Shown piece by piece: positions 21,976 to 33,513 of a DNA stretch of 44,290 nt (its first letter is position 1; every line of letters starts with the position of its first letter). A model generated the notes under the pieces. That model was not told the origin of the DNA, did not search any database, and saw nothing but the letters and a program-made list of their open reading frames with translations. The position numbers were made by a program, and so were the translations under genes. The stretch is from Fistulifera solaris (lineage: Eukaryota): positions 682,001-726,290 of the forward strand of contig AP026153.1 in NCBI GenBank assembly GCA_030295235.1, written 5' to 3'.

Positions 21976-22693
21976 ATGCGCGTATCTTCATCATTCCTTA
22001 CAGCTTTCAGTGTTTATCGTCTTTCGGTACTCGCGTTAGTTCAAAGCTGGGTGATATTGCCAAAGGTAATCACGCAACAAGGTCGGCGGCTTTCTTGTTC
22101 GCCTCTATCGGCAGGATTCGGTGCGAGCGACGACAAAACGAAAGGTGGAACGGCAGCGGCTTCGTTGAAACCCAAACAACAGTGGGTCGTTACTTGGCGC
22201 TAAAGGAAGCACCGAATGTGACGGTTGGCGTACAAATTCAAGATACCGACGATTGGTTTCCTGTAGGCTTTGTCAAAGCGAAAGATGCGGCTGCACTTGA
22301 AACGGCGGTCGTTCGACAGCGTGCCCTCATTGCTGAGGTAAGTGATGTTTCGAAAGGGCCTTTTGTTTCTTTTTTTTACAGATGAAATCAGATGTACCTG
22401 ACATGTACGCTGTCTTCCATTTCTTGTTTTCTTAATCATCGCAGCACGCAAACCGCCTTTTTCCTTTGCAGATTTCGGCGAATACAAAGTTGAGTTGGGG
22501 GATGATGATGATTCCCGAAGGGAGCAATGAAGGAACTTGGGAGACAGTCCATTCCAAAGCTGGTACGAGAGTCTATGTATCTGACAAAGACATTGGGTTC
22601 GAAGGCGTTCCCGGCTGGGCGTCTGAATTATACTATGTTTTACGATGAGAACAAGAAATCAGGGAAGAAGGCAATTTACAAACGATGGATGTA
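21976..22693 (+). pseudogene. Diverged tandem copy of the 23325-24076 gene with two frame disruptions (near 22185 and 22640); pseudogene or consensus error
   Basis: Same peptide blocks (LKPKQQW.RYLALK, GVQIQDTDDW, RQRALIAE|HANRLFPLQ, DKDIGFEG) and the same intron position (22338-22444). Confidence 0.6.
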
Positions 22694-23324
22694 GTTGTGG
22701 AAAGGAAACAACTCTAAAGACGCTGCTATTCTTTTTGTTTGCGTTGGAAAGAAATATTTACTGTCGGCTGCGGATGGCTAGTATGAAGGATACGCTCAGA
22801 GCGATTGGAAGGTTACTCACATCTTAAATCAAGTAATAGCAAGGTTTAGATTATGTCGGAGCTCTTTTCAACTCACAGCTGAACAGAACAGAACCCTCCA
22901 TTTATAAAAAGTGACTTGATAGACGTGTGTTTACACAGCATTGGTCGAAACGGTCCTAATTGAGTTGCTAATTGAACCTCGTCGTGTTACTACGGAGTAT
23001 TATTTACTTGTCTGAACTCATAATGACAGCCGTTTTGCAATAGATTTGCCTAAATGAGTTTCCTATTAGTTATTACTAGTATGCAATAGAGCAATAGTTA
23101 GTCATGGAGTATTGTTTACGTCGAAAACTCTTTTGCGGTACTGTAAGAGTAATGCACTAACTGATTTACTATAGCTTCAAAGTGTATGTCGTTTTTGCCA
23201 CGACTTGATTATTAGTCACGAGGAATGAGTCGCACAAAATCAACGCGTCGCGACTCGCGACGATTGTGTCTTCATTATAACAAAGACCCTTCTGTTCATT
23301 ATATAAACGCAACATAACTTAATC

Positions 23325-24076
23325 ATGCATCTGTCTTCATCGATTTTTACTGCGTTGAGTCTACTTTGTCTTTCAGGGCCGTCGCCCGTGCAAAGTTGGA
23401 CGAATTATTCTTTCAACTCGATCCGTACGCGTCAGGCTCGACAGACTTCGTTTTCTCCTCTATCGGCGGGGTTTGGAGCGAGCGGCGATAAGAAGAGAGA
23501 AGGAAAGCCTGCAGCTCCCCTGAAACCTAAACAACAATGGGATCGCTATTTGGCACTGAAACAAGCCCCGAAAGTGATGGTGGGTGTACAAATTCAAGAC
23601 ACCGATGACTGGCTTCCGGTCGGCTCAGTCAAGGCCAAGGATGCTGCCTCGCTCGAAGCGGCGGTTCTTCGACAGCGTGCTCTCATTGCTGAGGTCAGTG
23701 CTGTAGTCTCTCTCTAAAGGAAGCATATGGTGTACTTCTGTCGAAAATTTATCGCAGGTCTAACTCAAACGGTGTCTTTATTTGTTTGTACTTGACTAAA
23801 TGGCAGCACGCCAAGCGTCTCTTTCCGCTACAAGTCACCGCTAAGACAAAGCTAAATTGGGGAATGATGATAACAGAAGGAGGAAATGACGAAGGATCAT
23901 GGAAGACGCTTGATCCGAAATCCTTTACGAGTGCCGATGTACTCGACAAAGACATTGGATTCGAAGGAACGCCCGATGCAGCATCCGGATTTTACTGTGT
24001 TTACGATCAGGGTAAGATCCTGAATGCTAGTGGTAGCGGTGCTGAGCAGCGATCATCTGCATTCAAGAAGAAATAG
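23325..24076 (+). CDS. Hypothetical protein, probably plastid-targeted (exons 23325-23693, 23807-24076; 212 aa)
   Basis: Signal peptide ending VQS-W, a transit-like region, then a GFG motif. The GT-AG intron at 23694-23806 joins LIAE|HAKRLFP in frame. The adjacent paralog supports the structure. Confidence 0.85.
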
Positions 24077-24689
24077 TTTTACTTTTAGGTGAACTTTGTT
24101 TCTGCTCCTTCTTGGTAGACGCTGCCTACGGTCGTTTTTTGCATCATAGGTTCTTCTCGATTTATATGCGTACGATATTAGAAAAAGCTTTCTTTTGAAA
24201 ATTCTGCATAAATGTTCCGTCGAACTTCCATGTCCTCTCGAATCTAGATTTTGACTTCGGTTTTAGATTGATTTTCAATTAGTGAAGGAGGCAATTTCGA
24301 AAGAATCCGTCTGCAATACTTTTATCATAACAGCACGTGACCTAAATAAAGATCAAGTAAATCGAGAAAAGAAACCATTCCCCAAGCCATAAAAGTCTCA
24401 TCTATAAAGTAGAAAATCCTACCGGAACACTTATCTTTCCAACGGAGCTCCATAGAACTCTTTTCTTGACCTTAGGTCGGGATACTGTCACTTCGTAGAC
24501 GTTCCTAGTTTCTCTACACAAAAACAGGAATTCTCACTTCCGGAATTCCGATAGAAGTCTCAGACCTATGCGAGATAGGCTTTTGGCTGAAAAAGCAACA
24601 TTCCTGATACCTTTCATTCCTTTCACTCGTGATCATTTTCAAGGCAAAGAACAAAAACAATTCTAAATCCTCCAACCAAGAAATGCACC

Positions 24690-25136
24690 ATGAAATCTCC
24701 AATTTATCGCTTAACGACAGCTCTGACGATATATCTCGTCACATTTGTTGACGAGACGCATGCCTTTGGGGTAAATCCTTCTGTCGAAGGGCATTCGTTT
24801 GCGTCAGCTTCCTCGACGGCTCTATTCCCCACTTCGGGCATTATCGAACGTACAGTCAAGGCTCCACAGAAGAAGAAGAGGGTTATCAAGAAAACAAAAG
24901 GTGCGGTTACTTCGATTGACGAGGCAACCGAGTCGTCAGTTGGATCACTCATCTTGCTTCTGAATGACCCTCATGTTCGTCACAAAGTTCGACGTCGCCC
25001 TCTCTTGATTTCCCATGAGGACAAGGGTAAACCTAAGCGCAAGGCGATGCGTGCTTTTCAAGAAGGTCAAGAGCTTGCTCGTCTTGCTGTGCGGGAAGTT
25101 CTGAAGGAATACAACATCAATGATGTGTCTGTATAG
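24690..25136 (+). CDS. Hypothetical 148-aa basic protein with a bipartite (ASAFAP-like) presequence
   Basis: Signal peptide ...IYLVTFVDETHA-FG, a transit-like ASASSTALF segment, and a K/R-rich mature part. Confidence 0.65.
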   Translation: MKSPIYRLTTALTIYLVTFVDETHAFGVNPSVEGHSFASASSTALFPTSGIIERTVKAPQKKKRVIKKTKGAVTSIDEATESSVGSLILLLNDPHVRHKVRRRPLLISHEDKGKPKRKAMRAFQEGQELARLAVREVLKEYNINDVSV

Positions 25137-25716
25137 TCTTTCAAGAAGTTGCAATGCTTCGCATTTACATTTTGCATTTCCATGGATGCCCTCGCTTATA
25201 ATTGCCAGCGTTTCAACCTCTTAATGAAGATAAGACCCAACACTAACGGATAACTTTAGACCCTGCAGCAATTGGCTTGTAGAAGGTTATCATACCCTCC
25301 GTTTTGTTGCGCATTGATGATTTCAACGCGATGATGATGAGAGGATTTTGATTTCGAATTCGAATGCAAAAAAAGGCACTGCGTTTTTCTTCTTTTCGTA
25401 TATAGAGATCTTTTGTCGCACCAAATTCAAATGGTCCTATGTATTTCTACCTTACTTAGAGTTCCGTACGCACTTAGTCCGTTCATAACCTAAAAAAGAA
25501 GTTACTTAGAAATAGACAGTACGTAACGAATTATATAGCGAGTTTCACGTTTCCGTTGGTCGCACGCCTGTCCACCTCTGTTTTTGGCAAATCGCCGATT
25601 GTTCACTTTTTCGTTCAAACTCGCAAAACGTCCATCCTTTCAGTTCCATTTACTCATACAACGCTTTGCCTCTCAATCGCATCGTTCTAACTCTCTCTGA
25701 GTACTACCGACACACA

Positions 25717-28235
25717 ATGTCTCGTCGAATGTCATTCGGAGGAAGCGCATTGCGCGACGTTTCAACAATACAAAATGTGCGTTCATCTTCGGTATCCCGA
25801 CGTATGTCGATCGCGCACAGCGACTTTCGGTCGGCGACGCCTGTGAAGGATCGCCGTGCCCTGCTGGATGACTGGAGAAAGCAACAAAAAGCAGAAGAGG
25901 ATGAGAAACTTCACAAAGGGCGAAGCTCCAACCCCCGCTGCACCCATCGTCTTCGTCGACGCCAGGTAGCGATTCGGCCGCTTCGGGAGGAACGACGGCA
26001 CTTGAAAGGTACCGCATGCGGAAAACTCAGAGAATGAATGAGGCACTTCAGGATAGCACCATGGAGTTTCGTGATGTCACTTCTCAGGCGCTATTGAGTG
26101 CAACGACGCCTAGCAACTCGTTGGCCTCTGCTAGACGACGAAGTATGTCTATCGCTCCTCTGCAAAGAGGCTTCCCGCCCTTGGCTCCGTCTCAGGATTC
26201 AAACCATACTTTGAGTCAGCTTACCCAAGATGAGACGCTCGTAGCAGAGATGGATTCTGTGGAGGGTGCAAGTTTGAAGTCTCGTCTTCGTGAAATGAAG
26301 CAGCGCGTTGACCAGCTCGAGCAGGAAAAGATGGTCTTGAGCATGGCAAAAGCACCATTGGAAGCCCGTCTACGACAAAAGGAAGATGAGTGGGAAAAGG
26401 AAAGCAACCGTCTTCTGGACGAGATCGATACGCTCCGGGAATCCAGTCGTTCTGCAGAGGACCGCTATCGTGACCTAGTCTTGAAACATGAAGCGTTAGA
26501 AGAGGAATCTAAGCACTTGCGTTATCAAGTGCTCAAGGCTTCTAGCTCTAGGAATGCTGGATTAGAGAGTCGCGTAGCAGACTCGGGATGGTCGCGTATG
26601 GTTCAAAATGATCGCGATATTCTTGACCTGAAAGAGAAGCTACGTAGCGCTGAAGAAGAGATTGATTCACTTCGACTTGCAAAGGTATCGGTCGAGAAAG
26701 AGCTGCATGCCTTCAAGATTGAACTTTCGTCTGCTCTGAGAAGCTTGGATGAGCTTCAACATGAGTTTGATGAGCTGCATCGCTCAAAAACGGAAAATCG
26801 TGACGCGGAGATTAAGTTAGAGGTTCTACAAATCGAGCACATTGCGACTTCGGCGCAACTAAATGCCGTTTGCAGCGATCTAGCAGCCACCAAAGCAAGG
26901 TATGAAGTCGCCATGAGTGAGAAAGAGGTGGAGCACAAAAAACAATTGGAAGAAATGCAGTTCGAAATGAGCGTTTTGAAAACACGAGCCGCAAAAGCTG
27001 TTGACGACACCCAGAACACCTCCATTTTCGAAGTCGAAGATGATGCAGTACTAAAAGCTCGGATCGAAGAGAGGGACCGACGAATCGCCGAGCTCGAAGA
27101 ACAATTGCTAAGCAGCGAGCAACAGCGTCGTAAGATGCACAATTGTATCCAAGAACTCCGTGGTAACATCCGTGTTTATGTCAGAACCCGTCCTTTCCTA
27201 CCGAATGACCAGACAAACGAGGAACCTGCTATAGACGTTTCCCCGGACGGAGAATCGCTCACAATTCTCGATCAGCGAAATGGTGCAACGCACGACTTCA
27301 AGTTCGATAAAGTCTTTCCACCTTCGGCCGGACAGGACAATGTCTTTCAAGAAGTTGCAGACTTTGTTCAAAGCGCGCTTGACGGATATAACGTCTGTCT
27401 CTTCTCGTATGGTCAAACAGGATCCGGAAAGACCCATACTATGCAGGGCAGTGGAAACGCTGCCATGCGCGGCATTATTCCCCGAGCCGTTGAACAGATT
27501 CTTACGCAGGCGAAGGTTCTGCAAAGCCAGAAATGGTCATTCAACCTCAGCGCTTCATTTCTCGAAATCTACAATGAAGAAATCAAAGATCTGCTGGTAC
27601 AAATGTCGGAATCTAAGCACCCTGACTCGCACAAACTGAAGATCAAACGTTCACGTGAAGGAAAGAGCTATGTTGATGGTTTGACTGAGGTCCCTATTGA
27701 AACGCGAGACTCCGCAACAGGCATGCAGCAGCTTGATGCGCTTATGTCTGTTGCAGCTAGAACACGATCTGTTGCTAGTACTAAAATGAATGCACAGAGT
27801 TCTCGCAGCCATTCGGTCTTTATGTTGCATCTTCGAGGAATCAATGAGGACAGTGGCACTGTGGTGGAAGGTACATTGAATCTTTGTGACTTAGCTGGAA
27901 GTGAGCGGCTGGACCGAAGTGGAGCAGATTCCGACGCACAGAGATTGAGAGAAACGCAGGCTATCAACAAGAGTTTAAGCTGCTTGGGTGATGTTTTCAA
28001 CGCTCTTGCTCAACGGGCAAGTCACATTCCCTACCGAAACTCTACGTTGACTTATCTCCTGCAAGACTGTTTGAGTGGGGATGGAAAGGCGCTCATGTTT
28101 GTTAATTTGAGCCCGACATCTGCCAGTAGTAATGAAAGTCTGTGCTCTCTTCGATTCGCTCAACGAGTCAACCAAGTTGAATTGGGAAAGCCGACAAAGA
28201 ACATTCAGTACAACAAATCGCGCAAGACGAAGTGA
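25717..28235 (+). CDS. Kinesin-14 (C-terminal motor, KIFC1/Kar3/Ncd type); about 839 aa after restoring one A at 25915-25917
   Basis: Neck RRKMHNCIQELRGNIRVYVR, P-loop YGQTGSGKT, switch I SSRSH, switch II DLAGSE, and HIPYRNS. Long central coiled coil. The N-terminal frame MSRRMSFGGSALRDVS joins via HKRAKLQPP. Confidence 0.96.
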
Positions 28236-29246
28236 GAAGCGAATCCATTGCTCTACTTTAGCCGTAAGAAAATATAAAAACAATCGCCAGCGATTTCTTG
28301 CCCGCTGCCCTCGATTTTTTTGTGTAGGAAAAAAGGTATGTATGTGCTTTCAGCACCCGAAAAAAAGGCTCGCTAGTTTTGACGGACCCAGGTAATTCTT
28401 CCAAAAGTTGCGTCGAGCGATTGCGGTCAAATGACCATGCATTCTTCGGGCAAGAGGCTGTGAATGGTGGGGATTGTTGGCCATACACTTTTCTCACAAA
28501 GGTGCGCAGTGAAGGAGATCGCGTCACTATTCAGGCAAAGTATCTCCACAGACACTGATTGTTGAACCGACGAGCTCCACTTACAAGGTTGCGCTATTCA
28601 TTCAGCAGGCTCAATTGCCTTTCCCTACAGTACAGCTTCAATAGTATTGAGCTTTCATCCAACGCGCTGCTTAACGTGCCCGCACAAATTGAAGACACCC
28701 ACCAAAATTCGGGTGATACTGCAATTTCACTCGCTTGCATAACACTCGAATACTCCGGATCATAAAACAAATAAGCACAACCTCTTCTTCACCTCTTTCA
28801 GTGTTGTGCTTCCCGAAAACGCTTCAAACAGTACTGAACGCTTGGCCTTGTGCATCCTCCAACACGTTGCTTTCTTTTGGTGGGCAAGTCTCCGACTAGA
28901 AGTTTTGAACGATGCTGATCGGCGGGCTATGAGCTTTGCCAACGCCTTCAAACAATTTCTCAAGCAATGGCTTCGACCAGTGCATAGGTTGTATTCCGTA
29001 AGATAAATAGAGTGGCCATTTTACATTTGTACTTCATAACTGCATCACGTGCCACCCGTCAACGACCATCTTACGTTTCTGGCATCGGCCCATAACTCAT
29101 CCGCAAGCAGTCCTTTTACTCGCTGACAAAAGTGACCTCAATTCAGGCTGAAGGATCGTCGCGCTCGCGACTGTGACTGAAAAAAAGCTACATAGCACCA
29201 ACGTGTTTGGATCACATTCGTTCTCGCCATAATTTTCATCCATAGC

Positions 29247-30119
29247 CTATTCAAAAACTTTTTGGTCGACCACATGACAAGCTTGGATAGAATCGAGACG
29301 TGGGAAGTCTTGCTGAACATACGCCAAATATTCGTCCTTCCATAGCATTCCCTGCTTGGGTCCGTGCTCACCGTATCCGGTGAATACTTTCGAAAGTGTC
29401 TCAAAGGAATGGCGTCCGACTATTTCGCCCCACGGAACTTCCCACGGAGAACCACCCGCGAGACGTCCATTCGGTTGCAAAGCTACAATAAACTGATTGT
29501 TTCGTGAATGTTTGCCGGATCCGGCGTAGGCTAGATAGCCTTGTGCGAAGCGTTTGACATCACCGTGTTGACGATGATCCGGTCCTTCCGGCAACCAATT
29601 GGTATCATCTGGTAGCGTTTCCTTATATGCTTTCGATGCTGGCCCCGCTAAGCCAAACTGACAGAGAAATCCGTGTACGCAACGCATCAAGGGGACTTGA
29701 TTTGTATTAAAATACTGATCTTGAACCATTTGCAGGAAACGCTCGGCTCCATTCGGCGCCCACGCGTGATGAACAGCAATATTCCAAGGTCCGGCGGTAG
29801 TTTGACAGCATACCAATGTGACTTTATCGTCAGCAGGAGGAGTAATCATGTGACGAGGACCCATTTGAGGATTCTTTTCTTCCAAAGTTAGATCATCCCA
29901 GCGTTGATACGGGCAAGATAACCGGGTTTCGTAGGACGGCTTAACTGCTATTGCATAACCGGAAAGCTTTGCTTGAGGAGGCACGGTAGAACCTTGAAAT
30001 GACGGTTCTTTCCAGTCCGGAAGTGTAATAATTGCAAAGAAAATCAGGATTATACCGAAGAAAACCCAGATCGGCGTGCGCTGATTACGGCGGTTTGATT
30101 TTGTTTGAACGGCTACCAT
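29247..30119 (-). CDS. Cyclophilin-type peptidyl-prolyl isomerase domain protein with an N-terminal type II membrane anchor
   Basis: Basic stretch then a TM helix (IWVFFGIILIFFAIITL). Cyclophilin blocks WAPNGAERFLQMV, MRCVHGFLCQFG, GYLAYAGSG...NNQF. Confidence 0.85.
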   Translation of the reverse strand: MVAVQTKSNRRNQRTPIWVFFGIILIFFAIITLPDWKEPSFQGSTVPPQAKLSGYAIAVKPSYETRLSCPYQRWDDLTLEEKNPQMGPRHMITPPADDKVTLVCCQTTAGPWNIAVHHAWAPNGAERFLQMVQDQYFNTNQVPLMRCVHGFLCQFGLAGPASKAYKETLPDDTNWLPEGPDHRQHGDVKRFAQGYLAYAGSGKHSRNNQFIVALQPNGRLAGGSPWEVPWGEIVGRHSFETLSKVFTGYGEHGPKQGMLWKDEYLAYVQQDFPRLDSIQACHVVDQKVFE

Positions 30120-30628
30120 TGCTTTCAAGCTGTCTGTTCGCTTGCTTTTCGCCTGTAAGTTACACGAGATATATTCACGATTTCATTTTATTGCAGATAG
30201 GAAGATCAAGTCACATCATTTGATGATTGATCATTATATTTCGCTCTTCGAAGGAATTATTATGACCTATCGTCCTTCACGACGAAATGCCTCCGCAAAA
30301 AGGCCCGGTCTACTATAACCGTCATTGTGTCGTCCGTCTAAAGCGCCACTTTTTCTTACGGAGTAGTTTTTATTAACGAATTGAATAAGTCTAGATGGAG
30401 GCAAAATTTATCAAGATCAGCTTAATTGTGCTTTGATTTAGTCGATATAGACAGCTTTATCAACATGGATGATTTGAAGTGGCCGTATAATGATCTCCTT
30501 CTCAATTAAAACAGGCGCGCCGATCTTCAGTTGCCACTGGCTAACGACTACTCTACCAGTCATATTTTCGTCTTTCTGTGCATACGATCTCTTTGCTTCA
30601 AAAGATGATCATCAGCAATTTCTTTTCT

Positions 30629-31696
30629 TCAAACACCCGCAATGAGTGGCTTGCGATCCATATCGGACAATTCTTGTACATCGCTAGCATGGTGTTTGAG
30701 TTGCGATCGAGGCTGTTGGCCCTTCTTTTGACTCATTTTATACAAAGAAGAGTACATGAGTCCACCCAAAACGAGGATTGCACCCGCTGGGTAGAACCAG
30801 GAAAATCCCTTAGGAAAAAGGACAAAAGACAAGATCAGTGTCATTCCCTTTCGACCAGTCGCTACGAGAACAGCTGTCACTCCACCAAAGCGCTTGACCA
30901 CATTCATGTGCATTGAAATAGCCACGTACGAAATAATGGTGTAGATCAAAATGTAGGAGAGTAGAGAATCGCTGGTCGTCAACAATTTCCAACAGCCCCA
31001 CAAATCTCCTGACAACATTGTTGTAAAAGTCATGGCTATCAGCGTCAAAATGTTGGTATATACAGTGACTTCTAATCGACTACTTCCAGCCTGAAAGAGT
31101 CGCTCTTGTGCATTTGGCAGTACAGCGTCGGCACAAACCGAGAGTGTCACAAACAATAGCCCTATCGGATGAAAGGACGGCGCCAATTCCCAGTCTGCAG
31201 CGGCAAATAGCACCAAACCGACACAAATTGCAAAAGCACAAATATACTCGACCGAAGAAAAGATCTTGGCATGCCAGATTGAAGCAATGATCATGGTTGG
31301 AATCAATTTGCATGATCGAAAGACGACTTTTGTCGGAAAATTGATAAAGTTGAGTGACAAATTCGAGAGTGCCGAAGACGCCAACAGACATCCCGTGAGT
31401 AAAGGGTATGCGGAGATAGGTGCAGCTCTTCCATATTCTTTACGAATGTAGTGGCGTTCCCAAAAGGAGCAAACGGTTACCCCGAGCACTTCAAAAAAGC
31501 CGAGCATGACACCATAATTCCAGCCAGGTACATTCATGATAGCTTCTTGCAGGTAATTGTGAATACCGAAAAAGACAAAGACAGCTGATCCAAGAATGGC
31601 AAATTGTGTATTTGAAGACATCATCTCAAAACGCTGCGATAAACTCGCTGCCGTCATGATCATCGCGTGTTGATGATTGTCGTCTGATGTGCCCAT
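30629..31696 (-). CDS. UAA/SLC35B family transporter, most like PAPS transporter 2 (SLC35B3)
   Basis: YLQEAI, LSNLSLNFINFPTKVVFRSCKLIP, SVCADAVLPNAQE, VATGRKGMTLILSFVLFPK; about 10 hydrophobic helices. Confidence 0.9.
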   Translation of the reverse strand: MGTSDDNHQHAMIMTAASLSQRFEMMSSNTQFAILGSAVFVFFGIHNYLQEAIMNVPGWNYGVMLGFFEVLGVTVCSFWERHYIRKEYGRAAPISAYPLLTGCLLASSALSNLSLNFINFPTKVVFRSCKLIPTMIIASIWHAKIFSSVEYICAFAICVGLVLFAAADWELAPSFHPIGLLFVTLSVCADAVLPNAQERLFQAGSSRLEVTVYTNILTLIAMTFTTMLSGDLWGCWKLLTTSDSLLSYILIYTIISYVAISMHMNVVKRFGGVTAVLVATGRKGMTLILSFVLFPKGFSWFYPAGAILVLGGLMYSSLYKMSQKKGQQPRSQLKHHASDVQELSDMDRKPLIAGV

Positions 31697-32047
31697 ACTT
31701 TGATAGCTCTTGTGAGATCAAAGCAAGAGCTATTTCGCCCGATCGGTTGCAAGTGCGCAGTCAAAGGATAGAAGTAATTGTTGTGCTCAAAACCGTAACG
31801 AAAAGGGTCACTTTTTCTTCAAAGCCAACAATTAATAACAAGAGGTCATCGCAATGCAATTTTTTCGTTTTGTCGAATTTTTGGACCTCGAAAGTCATGT
31901 GTACACGGACAGACCGTACTTAAACTAACTTTAGGGGCCGACCTAGATTTCTCAACTACAAGTAAGTAGTCTTTGAATTTTAAGTCAAGTTGGAAATGTT
32001 GCATTCCAATGACCAATGAATGATTGTAAAATCGGCTATGTTCACTT

Positions 32048-32794
32048 CTATCGACAGTCTAATTCCCACAATCCTGGTATGAACTCTTCTCGTATTTGAC
32101 AAGTTAATGCGTCGCATTGTAATGTGTATTCTCTCCAAATACCGCCCGTGATAGGATCGACTCCTGCACCGCGCAGGTAAAACATAGGCAGAACGTTCAA
32201 ATAACGGAACAGCTGACCCAATCCTACTTGCCCCGACGCAACCAGTTCTTGACACGAATCTTGATGTATTGTAACTTCGCTATCCGCTCGACAGAACTCA
32301 ACACCCAGCACTTCCAAATATACAGTTCGATCCCACACGCGCCGATTGTCTTGCCGAAACGAACATTTCTCCACACGAACCGACACATCCGCATCATAAT
32401 AGCTGGCAATAAGACGTTGTAAATTACCGTTTGCCGTCAAAACAAGACGATCCAATGGATTAGTTAATCCAAACGCGGTTGCAAGAGTCGTTGCATTCTC
32501 ACTGGTACCGGTCAAGGCATCTACAAACGACTCAGTTTGTAGTCCCCGCGCCATGATGTCGCCGAGACTCGTAGTGCTTGCTGCAGAAGCGCTACCTCGA
32601 GAAAGAATCTCAGTTTCAATCTTCTTTTCATTTAAAATCATGTCGGTTTGTTCTATCGTCATATTTCCGCTTGAATCGAACGCTAGCTGAGTACAGAATC
32701 TTTCTTGGCGGGGAAATATCCAGGAATATACTCCGCCACACAACAAAAGACACAGCTCGAAGAGCACGAAGACGCTTAGTAACCGTACTCTCAT
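32048..32794 (-). CDS. Chorismate pyruvate-lyase/UbiC-like (DUF98-type) fold protein with a probable plastid presequence (248 aa)
   Basis: Signal peptide ending VYS-W. RLVLTANGNLQRLI, RTVYL...CRADS, VGLGQLFR and WREYTL...CQIREEF follow the UbiC/DUF98 pattern (R.v.L, PiG.ll, R.y.....i.E.F). Confidence 0.6.
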   Translation of the reverse strand: MRVRLLSVFVLFELCLLLCGGVYSWIFPRQERFCTQLAFDSSGNMTIEQTDMILNEKKIETEILSRGSASAASTTSLGDIMARGLQTESFVDALTGTSENATTLATAFGLTNPLDRLVLTANGNLQRLIASYYDADVSVRVEKCSFRQDNRRVWDRTVYLEVLGVEFCRADSEVTIHQDSCQELVASGQVGLGQLFRYLNVLPMFYLRGAGVDPITGGIWREYTLQCDALTCQIREEFIPGLWELDCR

Positions 32795-33513
32795 TACGAA
32801 TGAATGAGCAGGAAGAATTTTGCACTTAAAATCGAAAAACGAAAGCAAGATGCGTTATTAGCTTCTCAACAGTCTCGTTTTCATAACAGTGACTTAGCAA
32901 TTCTGCAGCTACAGATGATAAGAACAGCATATTATTATTATTATTTGTGCGAGTGCGAGACAAAAAGGCGACAAAAGACGACGAATGAATAAAAAGCAAC
33001 GAGCGATGCGAGCGAACAAGGGCGATGTCCTATCGGTAATTGCACCGTATTCTCATTCATGACTGAAATGCAATCGCGGGAAATTTGAGGTCACCCTCTG
33101 ACCAATAGTAAATGTCACAGAAAATGATCTCCAAAGCTTGTCGACGTAAACTATAGCTTTATCATGGTAAATCAGCAATCAATTCTCAAAGTAGAGGAAC
33201 TAACGATATAAGGTTACATTGATCTGAAAGATTAGTAAACATGGCTGAGAATGCAGTCGCCTTAACGACAATCTTTTTCGGGGTAGTTTAGAACAGAAGA
33301 CATCATAGGAGTAAATGTAATTTTCTCCTTGCAGAAGGGCTTTTAAAACTACTCCGTATTCCTTCAGGTGAGGTGAAGTATGCGTCGTCGCTGCCTTATT
33401 CATTGCTCCGTAGCAACCTTACTGAGAAAGACTCAAGTGCGCCGTCCTTGGAAACTAAAGTACTAACGAATCAACACATTCATTCCCAAATTGCGTGCTA
33501 TACATGATACTGG

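Noticed and set aside
25310..25370. Box C/D snoRNA suggested by ATGATGA words
   Set aside because: The words are part of a GAT microsatellite, with no suitably placed CTGA D box or terminal stem.
26756..28000. Long antisense ORFs inside kinesin, ETFA, importin beta and ETF-QO
   Set aside because: They are shadow frames of well-supported genes and have no independent motifs.
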